DNA of 64,000 nt from Candidatus Nanoarchaeia archaeon (GTDB lineage Archaea; Nanobdellota; Nanobdellia; Woesearchaeales; WJIZ01), in assembly GCA_028279765.1 (NCBI GenBank), contig JANQND010000007.1, forward strand, positions 5,851-69,850, in the 5' to 3' direction. A program made the position numbers and the translations under genes. Shown here piece by piece: positions 27,001 through 35,714 of this stretch. The stretch's first letter is position 1; every line of letters begins with the position of its first letter. The notes beneath the pieces are model-generated. The model saw only the letters and a program-made list of their open reading frames with translations, was not told the DNA's origin and did no database searches.

Positions 27001-27839
27001 AAAGTAATAACATCACTGCACTTCAGGAATTCTACCAGGATGTTGCCTCATCAATCGTAAGCACTTCACGGCATGCCCAGACCATTGAGGTGCAGGGAAA
27101 CCTGACAGAGAGCATCCTCTTCAATGATTCTTACATAAAAATTAACTATACCCCTATCGTTGATCCGCCGGAGTTCGGAGAGATAGAAGTCCTTACAGAA
27201 GTAAGCAATTTCCAAAACTGCAGTTTTAATGTTACGATACCTGCAGGCATGAGAATCCATGATGCAAGGCTTACTTCCTATTCATCAGAGCACTGGACAG
27301 ATTATCTGACGGTCAATAATAATGAAGTCTATAACCTGAGCACATACAATGAAGATTATACTACGCTGGGAGACCCTTTTGTTATCGATATACCGCCAAC
27401 ATATCTGCAGAACGGGGTAAACGATTTTTTCATACGGACCGGGGATGCACCGTCTAATTCAACAGGGTGTTCGCTCAACAACACGTTTATTTACACTGGC
27501 CTGGTTAAAGGGTCAATCTCCTACAGTGGAGTATATGAAAAAGCTGATGGCTGCAGCTGGACCATCGAAACCGATCAGGGAAGTACTATCACAGCAGATG
27601 TACCCTCGACCTATAGTGGAGCAAAATCATGCAGCTATACCGCAACCAATATCAGCTTTGATCCAAGTGATAGCATTGATCAGGCAGTCCATGAATTATT
27701 AGCAAACCTGGATTTTGATGGGAATGGGAAGATCAATATTGACATTGAGCAGGAGGACTTAGAGATAGAAGCCCTCTGGGTCTCGCAAGTGCCCTACCTT
27801 TGGGGTCCTGCAATACTAGAAGTGAGGCTATGGCAGTAA
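24075..27839 (+). CDS. Giant prepilin-like vWA-domain protein (candidate pilus tip adhesin)
   Basis: N-terminal KKAFLFSVDAIIATIILV segment. MIDAS DLSGS at 25275-25289, AGGSTCICCGINSAKDIL, then MMVMTDG at about 26805 and VYAVGFS. The vWA fold is split by a roughly 390-aa insert. Confidence 0.8.
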   Translation: MRMKQMTKKAFLFSVDAIIATIILVSTILIFSNLLIEEKQVTHLEFLSSDMLNIMSELKIHEVNNSYVKTLISQGNISNVNNSLIDQIGELWALNKTGLAQNLAKNLTSELFPSQYGFSIAANNEELYKRGSGNNQVIVASRKMISGFERDKPIKGSTSRSFLKSIQEKEFSSYAYLGGFVGQGDISVFIRDIPSGVTLKEMMLEVDAVSNFNLLINNVQCNANFTPSVQQMQADRWNISGCLGLLTPGSDNEFTIQFPGDVSGAYIGGGFIKVSYTTTEFSQTTASSKDTVWLPGISGIINLYSSMYIPGTLNSMSVYLHFLTQDINGSNNTFYLTIGNYTLVQLNASGDTTIVLTDQNITPYLDYSNMSLKTVPIRIGFENATFGFIFEGNADVALITDLSGSMNWRMDSSSTGTLRECTDAQYSDPSTRRISIAKCLDKQFARDILNISGNQIGLISFNGATVGSQTVLPTTNINTIDSTVGDSVPLTGYSAGGSTCICCGINSAKDILTQGSTTSTLIASGSTWLYNDTSLSGEPLPDSSNNTWYSLGYSDDAGWQTGTAILGATNGLSYSPAVVTELNVDLSGSGLFADLWEHESDTAGAPNDFSSGILNSTANTYGSAGADDGWDWDTEDGTGPFGFDDDYDYNGIVSQRLEMDNAQNDNRCSSDDCSGAYGILINITDELYQTISSQGSATLSFWYEWDDRDGNWFESADQVWTKARWTSPNSGAHYLGSSLDSGHSGSDSDPEVATSDNPDVDYSGNFLQDITSWVESPGLYYLEIGGKLRASQNQEYGHWRFDDIQLEVSNATDHYYFRKNFTITDLSAVQRGIMNVLTDDRSRIYLNGQEIHSDSSSELAEYWNTRGINIQGNLFRQGENVIAVEIFNSAQAAKFDLELIGTNESREKAMMVMTDGVATTDAGCPQSGTPSEEAIQAACEAREDYGITVYAVGFSDDADEATLNSIAQCGEGIYTKSNNITALQEFYQDVASSIVSTSRHAQTIEVQGNLTESILFNDSYIKINYTPIVDPPEFGEIEVLTEVSNFQNCSFNVTIPAGMRIHDARLTSYSSEHWTDYLTVNNNEVYNLSTYNEDYTTLGDPFVIDIPPTYLQNGVNDFFIRTGDAPSNSTGCSLNNTFIYTGLVKGSISYSGVYEKADGCSWTIETDQGSTITADVPSTYSGAKSCSYTATNISFDPSDSIDQAVHELLANLDFDGNGKINIDIEQEDLEIEALWVSQVPYLWGPAILEVRLWQ

Positions 27840-28789
27840 AAAAAGGATTCGGAATGAACAAAAAAGGAGTTTTCTTTACTATCATCAGTATTATTTTAGT
27901 ATCAGGGCTAATCTTCTTCTATATCAGTGGAAACCGCTACACTCTTACAGAAAAAAGCAGAGTAGTACAAACCAGAATTCTCACCATGGACTCATTCATC
28001 GGTGATATTGAGCACGACATCGAGCGGGGGCTCTTTATCTCGTCAATGCGCTCATTGATAGGTATGTCAGAGTACCTTACGGAGAACGGCTCCTATTTCA
28101 CTAATTTTAGCAAGAGTTTCAATGAGATCATGCTCAATGGGACTATCGAGGGGAATCAGCTCAATATAACCAAGGAGTCGCATTTCGGTAACTGGACAGA
28201 TAAAGTCTCAAGTATAGGAAGCAAGTTGGGCATAGAGGTTTCACTGCAGAATCTTAGCATTGAAACATTCCAGGATAATCCCTGGAATGTGAAAATACGT
28301 GCACGAGGAAACCTGCAACTAGTGGACATCACGCAAACCGCCTCATGGGACAGGGATTTGAACGTTACCACAAACTTAGACATCACGGAATTCGAAGATC
28401 CGCTCTACTTAGTAAGCTCTGCAGGAAAATTCACCAATACCATCATTAGAAGTAACATCACAGACTTCGTATCAGGCTCTAATGCTTCCAATCTCATTGA
28501 GCACGTTAACCGCTCGTGGTATCGGGCATCAACGCTTGCCCCCAGTTTTCTCATGCGCTATGAAGGAAATTTGTCTGCATCGCCCTTTGGTATTGAGAGC
28601 ATAGTGCATATTGAAAATATCCAGGTAATTGCACCAGAGCTGTATTACTCAGGGAAAAGTACGGTAGACTATGTATACTTCAATGCAGGGAATCCTGCAA
28701 ACTGTGAAGTAAACGAAACGAAAAATGTTCTGGCGTGGTTCCGCCTTGAAAATGCCCACCTCTCCGAGTATGAGGCGCACTGCTCTTAG
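27830..28789 (+). CDS. Prepilin-like protein
   Basis: MNKKGVFFTIISIILVSGLIFF signal-like N-terminus. The start is ambiguous (27830 or 27854). Overlaps the upstream stop. Confidence 0.55.
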   Translation: MAVKKGFGMNKKGVFFTIISIILVSGLIFFYISGNRYTLTEKSRVVQTRILTMDSFIGDIEHDIERGLFISSMRSLIGMSEYLTENGSYFTNFSKSFNEIMLNGTIEGNQLNITKESHFGNWTDKVSSIGSKLGIEVSLQNLSIETFQDNPWNVKIRARGNLQLVDITQTASWDRDLNVTTNLDITEFEDPLYLVSSAGKFTNTIIRSNITDFVSGSNASNLIEHVNRSWYRASTLAPSFLMRYEGNLSASPFGIESIVHIENIQVIAPELYYSGKSTVDYVYFNAGNPANCEVNETKNVLAWFRLENAHLSEYEAHCS

Positions 28790-28827
28790 GGAACTGTAGT
28801 TCAATATATACTTTTATAGTCATTAGT

Positions 28828-28839
28828 AACCTTTTTAAA
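28828..28839 (+). promoter_or_regulatory. Internal BRE/TATA-like box (AACCTTTTTAAA)
   Basis: Located about 23 nt upstream of the ATG at 28862, ahead of the wHTH/ATPase/FlaJ sub-operon. Confidence 0.4.
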
Positions 28840-28861
28840 GTAGTAGGAGTAGAACGAAAGC

Positions 28862-30019
28862 ATGGGGTCAAAAAATTCTGTCATAGAGACTGGAGTCGAT
28901 AAACTGGTCACTATTGTACGAAGTAAGAGGAAAATTTCAATACCTGATGCCGCAAAACAGTTGGGTGTGGGGCCAACAGTAGTTGAAGAATGGGCAGATT
29001 TCTTAGAAGAAGAAGGTATTATCAGTATGGAATATAAGTTTGCAACACCATATCTTATCGAGAGAAAACTTACACAGGAAGAAGTAAAGCACAAAGAAAA
29101 AGAGTTCCATAGTAAGAAAGAAGGGTTCGTCCGAAAAGCAGAAGTAACACTCGCAGCACTCGACAAAGACGGTGAGAGCTTTCAGAAATTCAAAAAGAGC
29201 TTCGAGATACTCAAAAAAGAACTGGGTGAAGAGTTGCAGCACGTAGAGGCAGAGTTCAAAGAATTAGAAAAATTCGAAGATCTCAAGAATAATACCGATA
29301 AGAAAATCCTTGAAGAAGAAAAGCAGTTCAGGGAAAAATGGAAAGAGTTCGAAGCAGAAATGAATCGCGAACAAAAAAAGTATGGTGATATCGTAAAAAA
29401 TATTGATCTTGAGCAGGAACGCCTCGATAAAGAGAGGATAGAGGCACTCTCATTGAAGGAAAAGGAAGTATTAATGAGAAAGAAAGTGAGCCAGTTTCAA
29501 GAAACAATCAAAAAGATCAGTGAAGTAGTCTCAGGCCAGGAAAAAATGCTTAGTGATGCAGAGGAGCGCATAAAATCTCTCAATAAGTTAGGGGAAAAGG
29601 TGAAAAGAGAGATCGAGAAAAAGAAAGAAAGAGGAAAAGAACTCATTAAGGAGAGCAGGCAGCATAAAGAGCAGATTCTGAATATGCAGGATGGAGTTCT
29701 TCACAAAATACAAAAGAAAAGGGAAGCTATTTCTAAGAATGTTGATCAGGGGAAAACATCTACCGAGAAGTTCAGAAAATTTTTTAAAAAGAAGTCGGAG
29801 ATAGAGAAACTAGTGAAGAACCTAGAGAATGAAAAGAACTCTATCGAAGAGAGTCTCATCGCACTTATCCGAAAAGCAAAGGCATACCATCTGTCAACAA
29901 GTTCGTCAGCATTGAAAAACCATACGAAAGAAGTAGAAGAAACATTCGATAAAATTAAGAAAAAGAAAACCAGGTTTGATCAGGAGTCAAAGCGGTTAAG
30001 TTCTCTGCTTAGAGAATGA
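28862..30019 (+). CDS. wHTH plus long coiled-coil protein of the pilus locus
   Basis: N-terminus ISIPDAAKQLGVGPTVVEEWADFLEEEGII is HTH-like. The remainder is a K/E-rich heptad-like coiled coil. Its stop overlaps the ATPase start. Confidence 0.6.
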   Translation: MGSKNSVIETGVDKLVTIVRSKRKISIPDAAKQLGVGPTVVEEWADFLEEEGIISMEYKFATPYLIERKLTQEEVKHKEKEFHSKKEGFVRKAEVTLAALDKDGESFQKFKKSFEILKKELGEELQHVEAEFKELEKFEDLKNNTDKKILEEEKQFREKWKEFEAEMNREQKKYGDIVKNIDLEQERLDKERIEALSLKEKEVLMRKKVSQFQETIKKISEVVSGQEKMLSDAEERIKSLNKLGEKVKREIEKKKERGKELIKESRQHKEQILNMQDGVLHKIQKKREAISKNVDQGKTSTEKFRKFFKKKSEIEKLVKNLENEKNSIEESLIALIRKAKAYHLSTSSSALKNHTKEVEETFDKIKKKKTRFDQESKRLSSLLRE

Positions 30020-31557
30020 AAAAAAAAGAGGGGAAAAAGAGGAAGAAGAAAGTAGTGAGTAGACAGCAGGCTGAGGAGCCTGAAAAAAGAGTTCTGGAAA
30101 CATATGAATTCAATTCTGACAAAATACCTGTCGTCATTACAATTTTCAAGACGAGGGAAAAATTTGTCCCATCATATGAGATTTCTATTTCCAGCATCAG
30201 CAAGAATACAGAAATCATTTTGGAGCGAATCAGAAAAGAATTAATCAAAGAAGTCAATTTAGGGGTTTCTAATATTGTCAATTTCAAAAGCAGTGACGTT
30301 GCGCAGGCCCGTTTTGAAGAGACCATTCGAAATCTTATCAAAAAGTATTTTCCCGATGCTGAAGCGAAAACCTCAGAATTCCTTACTGCATATCTCATCC
30401 AGAAAAGCCTGGGGCTGGGGACGATCGAAATTCTCGATGATGATCCCTATCTGGAGGAAATCGCTATCAATAGCGCGAATGAGCCCGTATGGGTCTATCA
30501 TAAGAAGCATGGATGGCTGGAAACAAATGTCACTGTTTCGGACGAGGATCAGATAAAGCACTACGCAGCGATGCTGGGAAGAAAGATTGGAAGGCAAATT
30601 TCTGTTCTTGAGCCATTGATGGATGCAAACATTGAGCATGGGGATCGCGTCAATGCAACCCTCAACCCTATTTCATCAAAGGGAAATACCATTACCTTGC
30701 GTAAGCACTCTTCAAAGCCATGGACCATAACCGACTTTCTTAAAGAAAATACTATCTCCATTTCTGCAGCTGCATTCATATGGCACTGTATCCAGTACGA
30801 GCTCTCCACCCTCATAGCAGGAGGCACGGCATCAGGAAAAACATCTACACTTAATGTGATTACCAATTTTTTTCCTCCAAACCAGAGAATTTTGAGCATT
30901 GAAGATACAAGAGAAATCCAGCTCCCCAAGTTCCTTCATTGGGTTCCCTTCGTTACCCGCCAGCCTAACACAGAAGGAAAAGGAGGCATTACTATGCTTG
31001 ATCTTGTTGTCAATAGCCTGAGAATGAGGCCTGATCGAATCATTGTGGGTGAAATACGGCGAAAAAAAGAAGCGGAAATCCTCTTTGAGGCCATGCATAC
31101 TGGACATTCAGTGTGTGCAACACTGCATGCAAACAATACCAATGAGACCATCACCAGGCTCACTTCACCGCCTATCGAGGTTCCTAAAAGCATGCTTCCG
31201 GCAATCTCGCTTATTGTTATTCAGTACCGAAACAGAAGAACGGGCTTGAGAAGAACCTTCCAGGTTTCAGAGATTTTGCCTGACGGCTCAGCAAACGTAC
31301 TCATGCAATATAGCGCAGCAAAAGACAAACTCATTGAAGTAAATAAATCGAAAGCAATACTCAATACCTTAGAGATGTATACCGGACAAAGCAAAGCGAT
31401 GATCGAAAAAGAAATCAAAGAAAAAGAAAAAATACTCAAGTGGCTCCTTCATCATAACATTAGTGATGTTGATGAGGTAGGCCGGGTGGTTGCAGAATTC
31501 TATACCAGAAAAGAGAATCTCCTCAAGCACGTTAATAAGAATATTCCGCTAAAATGA
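30016..31557 (+). CDS. FlaI/PilB/VirB11-family secretion ATPase
   Basis: Walker A GGTASGKTSTLN, Walker B-like RIIVGEIR, and the HTGH segment (EAMHTGHSVCATLHA). Confidence 0.9.
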   Translation: MKKKEGKKRKKKVVSRQQAEEPEKRVLETYEFNSDKIPVVITIFKTREKFVPSYEISISSISKNTEIILERIRKELIKEVNLGVSNIVNFKSSDVAQARFEETIRNLIKKYFPDAEAKTSEFLTAYLIQKSLGLGTIEILDDDPYLEEIAINSANEPVWVYHKKHGWLETNVTVSDEDQIKHYAAMLGRKIGRQISVLEPLMDANIEHGDRVNATLNPISSKGNTITLRKHSSKPWTITDFLKENTISISAAAFIWHCIQYELSTLIAGGTASGKTSTLNVITNFFPPNQRILSIEDTREIQLPKFLHWVPFVTRQPNTEGKGGITMLDLVVNSLRMRPDRIIVGEIRRKKEAEILFEAMHTGHSVCATLHANNTNETITRLTSPPIEVPKSMLPAISLIVIQYRNRRTGLRRTFQVSEILPDGSANVLMQYSAAKDKLIEVNKSKAILNTLEMYTGQSKAMIEKEIKEKEKILKWLLHHNISDVDEVGRVVAEFYTRKENLLKHVNKNIPLK

Positions 31558-32378
31558 CCGCGATCGTCAATGCATTGATTCAGCGAATCGCCAAATCCTC
31601 GACCCAGCTCACTCTAAAACTAAAGCAGGCCGAGATTAGTGATACGCCCGAAGAGTTCATCAAAAAGTCATTAGTGCTTGCCCTGTATATGAGCATAGGA
31701 ATTGTCGTATTTCTCTGGCTCTTACTTTCCAGACTGGGGCCGGTAACCCTCATTCTTCTGATGCTCTTTCCCGTACTTTTTGTGGTGTTTCTTTTCTATT
31801 TTCTGAGAGTGCCAGACGTAAAAGTACTCAAAAAGCAGCGTGATATCAATAAAGAAATCATTTTCGCAGGCAGGTTTCTTATTATTGAACTGGAGTCAGG
31901 CGTTCCTCTCTATGATGCCTTCAAAAATGTCACAAAAAATTATGAAGTGATCGGTAAATATTTTGCAGAAATTGTCAATAAAGTAGACTTAGGGACCGCA
32001 ATTGAAGATGCCATGAACGAGACCATTGAGTTCACGCCGTCAGCAAATTTTCGAAAGATACTCTGGCAGATTGTTAATTCCCAGCAGACCGGAGCTGATG
32101 TAAGCAGTTCCCTCAAAAGCGTGGTCGAACAGATAACCAAAGAGCAAATTATTGAAATTAAGGAATATGGGCGAAAGCTCAATCCGCTTGCCATGTTTTA
32201 TATGATTATTGCTGTTATACTCCCCTCAATAGGAATTACCATGTTCATTGTGCTCTCAACATTTCTTAACCTCACTCTCAAGCTGCCTATTTTATTATCT
32301 ATCTCAGTAGGGCTGGCAATAGTACAGTGTATGTTCCTTGCAATGATAAAACAATCCAGGCCATCAGTAGAACTATGA
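31554..32378 (+). CDS. FlaJ/TadC-like platform membrane protein (part 1)
   Basis: Polytopic protein with T2SS-F-like cytoplasmic segment GVPLYDAFKNV...FRKILWQIVNSQQTGADVSSSL. Translationally coupled to its neighbours. Confidence 0.75.
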   Translation: MTAIVNALIQRIAKSSTQLTLKLKQAEISDTPEEFIKKSLVLALYMSIGIVVFLWLLLSRLGPVTLILLMLFPVLFVVFLFYFLRVPDVKVLKKQRDINKEIIFAGRFLIIELESGVPLYDAFKNVTKNYEVIGKYFAEIVNKVDLGTAIEDAMNETIEFTPSANFRKILWQIVNSQQTGADVSSSLKSVVEQITKEQIIEIKEYGRKLNPLAMFYMIIAVILPSIGITMFIVLSTFLNLTLKLPILLSISVGLAIVQCMFLAMIKQSRPSVEL

Positions 32379-33412
32379 GCACAGAAAAAAAAGAAAAACC
32401 AAAAAAGGGCAAAATAGATAAGAAGAAAAAGAAGAAGGATTCACTCAGGAAGCTTGCAGTCATGGTCGAGAGAGCGGGAATATCGCTGAGCCTCAAAGCA
32501 GTGACCATGGCTATCTTTAAAGTAGCTATTGTCCTTAATATCATCATTTCAGGATTTATCATTTACTATTTCTCAGCAAGAAAACCCAGCACATTAGCGC
32601 ATATCTCCGTATTCCTTTTAAATCAATGGACATTCGGGTTCTTGGCTCTGCTCCTATTTGCATGGTTCCTATTCTTCATGGTTATCGATCTGAGGATTTA
32701 TCAGAGAAATGTAGGTATTGAGGAAGTACTGCCTGATTTTCTGCAATTAACATCAGCAAATATTCGGGCAGGGATGGCGATTGATCAGGCACTCTGGCAG
32801 GCTATCCGCCCAAATTTTGGAGTGCTGGCAAAAGAGATGGAAAATGTTGCCAAGCAGACCATGTCAGGAACAAGCCTTGAGGATGCCTTAATAGAATTTG
32901 CCTCAAAATATGATTCGACGGTATTGAAACGATCCATTAGTCTGCTTATTGAAGGGTTAAATGCAGGAGGAGAAATAGGGGAACTCTTGGATCGTATCTC
33001 CAGCAATATTCAGGAATCGCGCACCATGCAAAAGGAGATGTCTGCATCGGTAACCACCTATACGATATTTATTGGATTTGCCAGCATTGTTGCAGCACCG
33101 TTTTTGCTGGCTTTATCCAGTCAGCTGCTGGTCATTATCCAGAATATCATTTCCTCAATTAGTATTCCAAATACTGGCTCCTCCTTTGCGATTTCTTTCA
33201 CAAAGGTCGGCGTCGAGCCCATGCAGTTTCGCATATTTGCCATGGTAACCCTCTCTCTTACTGCGCTGATTTCAGCTGCTATTGTGTCCACTATCAAAAA
33301 AGGCAATGTAAAAGCAGGACTCAAGTATATTCCTGCATTTATCACCGCGACACTGCTTATCTTTTTATTCCTGGATTGGGCTTTTGGTCTGTTTATGGGT
33401 GGGATTTTCTAA
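32375..33412 (+). CDS. FlaJ/TadC-like platform membrane protein (part 2)
   Basis: Trimmed to MSTEKKEK (ATGA overlap with the upstream stop). Lys-rich N-terminus and T2SS-F-like segment IRAGMAIDQALWQAI...LLIEGLNAGGEIGELL. Confidence 0.75.
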   Translation: MSTEKKEKPKKGKIDKKKKKKDSLRKLAVMVERAGISLSLKAVTMAIFKVAIVLNIIISGFIIYYFSARKPSTLAHISVFLLNQWTFGFLALLLFAWFLFFMVIDLRIYQRNVGIEEVLPDFLQLTSANIRAGMAIDQALWQAIRPNFGVLAKEMENVAKQTMSGTSLEDALIEFASKYDSTVLKRSISLLIEGLNAGGEIGELLDRISSNIQESRTMQKEMSASVTTYTIFIGFASIVAAPFLLALSSQLLVIIQNIISSISIPNTGSSFAISFTKVGVEPMQFRIFAMVTLSLTALISAAIVSTIKKGNVKAGLKYIPAFITATLLIFLFLDWAFGLFMGGIF

Positions 33413-33536
33413 GAATCCGGGTAAAAGAAACTAATCTCCCTACCAGTATACATAAACGTAACATTTAAATAGGAGTACTCCCAAAACCTCCTCTATAAAG
33501 TATATTCACTACAATAGATAAGAGGTGTAATAAAAG

Positions 33537-34037
33537 ATGTATAGAAAAAAAGCACAAGCCGCCATGGAGTTCCTGATGACCTATGGATGGGCAATTTTAG
33601 TTGTTCTGGTTGCAATCGGAGCACTGGCATATTTCGGAGTTCTTAGTCCAGACCAGTTCCTACCAGAAAGATGTCAGGGAACAAGTGGACTCGACTGCTT
33701 AGATAAGGCATCAATTAGTAGTGATGCTAACACAGTTTCATTTGCTATGAAGAATAATGTAGGGTTTAGGATAAACATTACCCACGCACCCTCTGCTGAC
33801 GAAGATTGCGCTACTATTTCATCAGCAACTGCTAGTGTTGAAGGTGCAACTCCTGTAGCGATAGGAAGTGGAGGAGTAAATGCTACACTTGCTAATGGTG
33901 AGCAGGCAGTAATAACAATTACCTGTTCAGGTATTGATAGCGGAAGATTCAAGTCCAAAGTTGATGTTCCGTATGTTAACTTGGATACTGGACTAGCACA
34001 TGAAGCTACCTACAGCATTACTGGTATAGCAAGTTAA
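33537..34037 (+). CDS. Candidate major pilin
   Basis: MYRKKAQAAMEFLMTYGWAILVVLVAIGALAYFG class III signal. Small size, own TATA box (33464-33470), GAGGTG ribosome-binding site and an oligo-T terminator. Confidence 0.75.
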   Translation: MYRKKAQAAMEFLMTYGWAILVVLVAIGALAYFGVLSPDQFLPERCQGTSGLDCLDKASISSDANTVSFAMKNNVGFRINITHAPSADEDCATISSATASVEGATPVAIGSGGVNATLANGEQAVITITCSGIDSGRFKSKVDVPYVNLDTGLAHEATYSITGIAS

Positions 34038-34039
34038 GT

Positions 34040-34065
34040 CTTTTCTAATTTTTTCTTTTTCTTTT
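34040..34065 (+). terminator. Oligo-T terminator after the pilin gene
   Basis: Successive T-runs (CTTTTCTAATTTTTTCTTTTTCTTTT) directly after the stop codon. Confidence 0.4.
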
Positions 34066-34120
34066 AACCAATTCTACTCAAATCCAAAACCTTTTATACA
34101 ATTACGCGTAAAAACTCACC

Positions 34121-35707
34121 ATGAAAAGAGGTCTATTCATTCTTATAGCGGTCATTCTTGCAGTAAATGCAGTAGCAGAATTAGAGCTTGAAGAAGTCTA
34201 CAATGACGAAGTAAAAGACCAGGATGAATTTGAAGTAGAGGGTAAAACCTATACTGTCCTGCCATTAGATACCGAAAGAGCAAAAATCAAATTCCCGGAT
34301 ACCAGCAGCCAGATCATGTCTCCGGGCGATTGTGAAACAGTTCTGGGATATCATTTATGCGTTATAAACATCAGCGAAGGTCCTGATGAGGAATTCGATA
34401 TCGCAAATCAGCGCTATCCTCTCTATACAAAGATCACCGTCTCAAAACTGGATGCAGCATTGGAATTCACCAGAGACTTTGAGAATACTACTCTGGTCAC
34501 TGGAGAGAGCACGAAGGTAGATATTGCAGTTACAAACAATGGTAATGCGCCTATAACCGGCATTATCTTCAATGATAGTTATCCACAAAATTTTCTCATT
34601 ACCGAATGTGCAGGATGCACCACATCAGGTAATCTAGTTACCTGGCAGGGAAATCTGGGAGTAGATAAGACATACCACTTTAGCTATACCTTAAAAGCAA
34701 TAGCAGAAGGAGATTTCGATAGTACAGCATATGTAACCTTCAACAATGAAGTTGTCAGCAGCGATACAGAAACGATTGAAGCACAAAAAACGCTAGTGCT
34801 TATCAATTCCAGCTTCCCTGAGAAGTTAGAGCTGGGTAAAAAAGCAATCACCAACACCCAACTGCTCCTCAATGGGACCGAGCATCCCATTACGAATCTC
34901 AAGTATCGTGTTTTCTTCCCCGATGGCATAAAGAAAGCAAGAAGGGCAGGAGACATCAGCAGTTTTGGGGATCACTGGCTGCACACACAATCCAGCGGTA
35001 TTCAGGGAGCCAACCTCTCTTTCGAAATAGAGGCCCAGAAGTTAGGTAATTTCACCATAAGAGAAGAACTGGAATACACTATTAACAATGCGCTCTTCAA
35101 AACGGAAAACACATATACCATTCAAATAAGCACGCAAAAGCTCAAGGTAGGGTTAGATCATGAAGAATCATATACTGCTGGAGACGATGTAACCATTCCG
35201 CTTTCTCTCAAAAACCTCAATCCTGCCGTCACCTTCAGAAATATCAACATAAACATTGAATCAGACCTCCCTGAAATCAATTCACAGAGCCTCACTGAAG
35301 AAATAGGGCCACTCGACTTATTATATCCAACTGAGCTTTCATTCACCCTTCCAACAGAGGAGAAAGACTACACTATTACCATTACGGTAACGTACAGCTC
35401 TCCCTCGGGAGAAACCCTCTCCCAGAAGGAAGTTATAACAATAAGCGCAAAAAATAAGCAGCAAACAGATCAAAGTAACACAGAGCAAGCAGACAGTAAC
35501 ACAGGTCTTGAACAAGAGCCCTCCATTGATGGAAATGATCTCAATCCTGTGCAGGCTGCTCTTGACAGTCTCATCAAAGCAGGCTCGCAGTACGCGGTCA
35601 TCTCCCTTATCACCCTTATCATATGCATCCCCTTCGTGATTTTCATCCTGAGAAAAAATAAGCAGAAAAACCTCGAAGACAGGTTAAAAGAATCCAAAGA
35701 GCGATAA
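34121..35707 (+). CDS. Secreted, C-terminally anchored beta-sandwich (CARDB/DUF11-like) surface protein
   Basis: Signal peptide, VTNNGNAPITGIIF-type motif, C-terminal TM helix followed by a basic tail. TATA-like AAACCTTTTATA at 34087-34098. Confidence 0.6.
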   Translation: MKRGLFILIAVILAVNAVAELELEEVYNDEVKDQDEFEVEGKTYTVLPLDTERAKIKFPDTSSQIMSPGDCETVLGYHLCVINISEGPDEEFDIANQRYPLYTKITVSKLDAALEFTRDFENTTLVTGESTKVDIAVTNNGNAPITGIIFNDSYPQNFLITECAGCTTSGNLVTWQGNLGVDKTYHFSYTLKAIAEGDFDSTAYVTFNNEVVSSDTETIEAQKTLVLINSSFPEKLELGKKAITNTQLLLNGTEHPITNLKYRVFFPDGIKKARRAGDISSFGDHWLHTQSSGIQGANLSFEIEAQKLGNFTIREELEYTINNALFKTENTYTIQISTQKLKVGLDHEESYTAGDDVTIPLSLKNLNPAVTFRNININIESDLPEINSQSLTEEIGPLDLLYPTELSFTLPTEEKDYTITITVTYSSPSGETLSQKEVITISAKNKQQTDQSNTEQADSNTGLEQEPSIDGNDLNPVQAALDSLIKAGSQYAVISLITLIICIPFVIFILRKNKQKNLEDRLKESKER

Positions 35708-35714
35708 AGACAAA

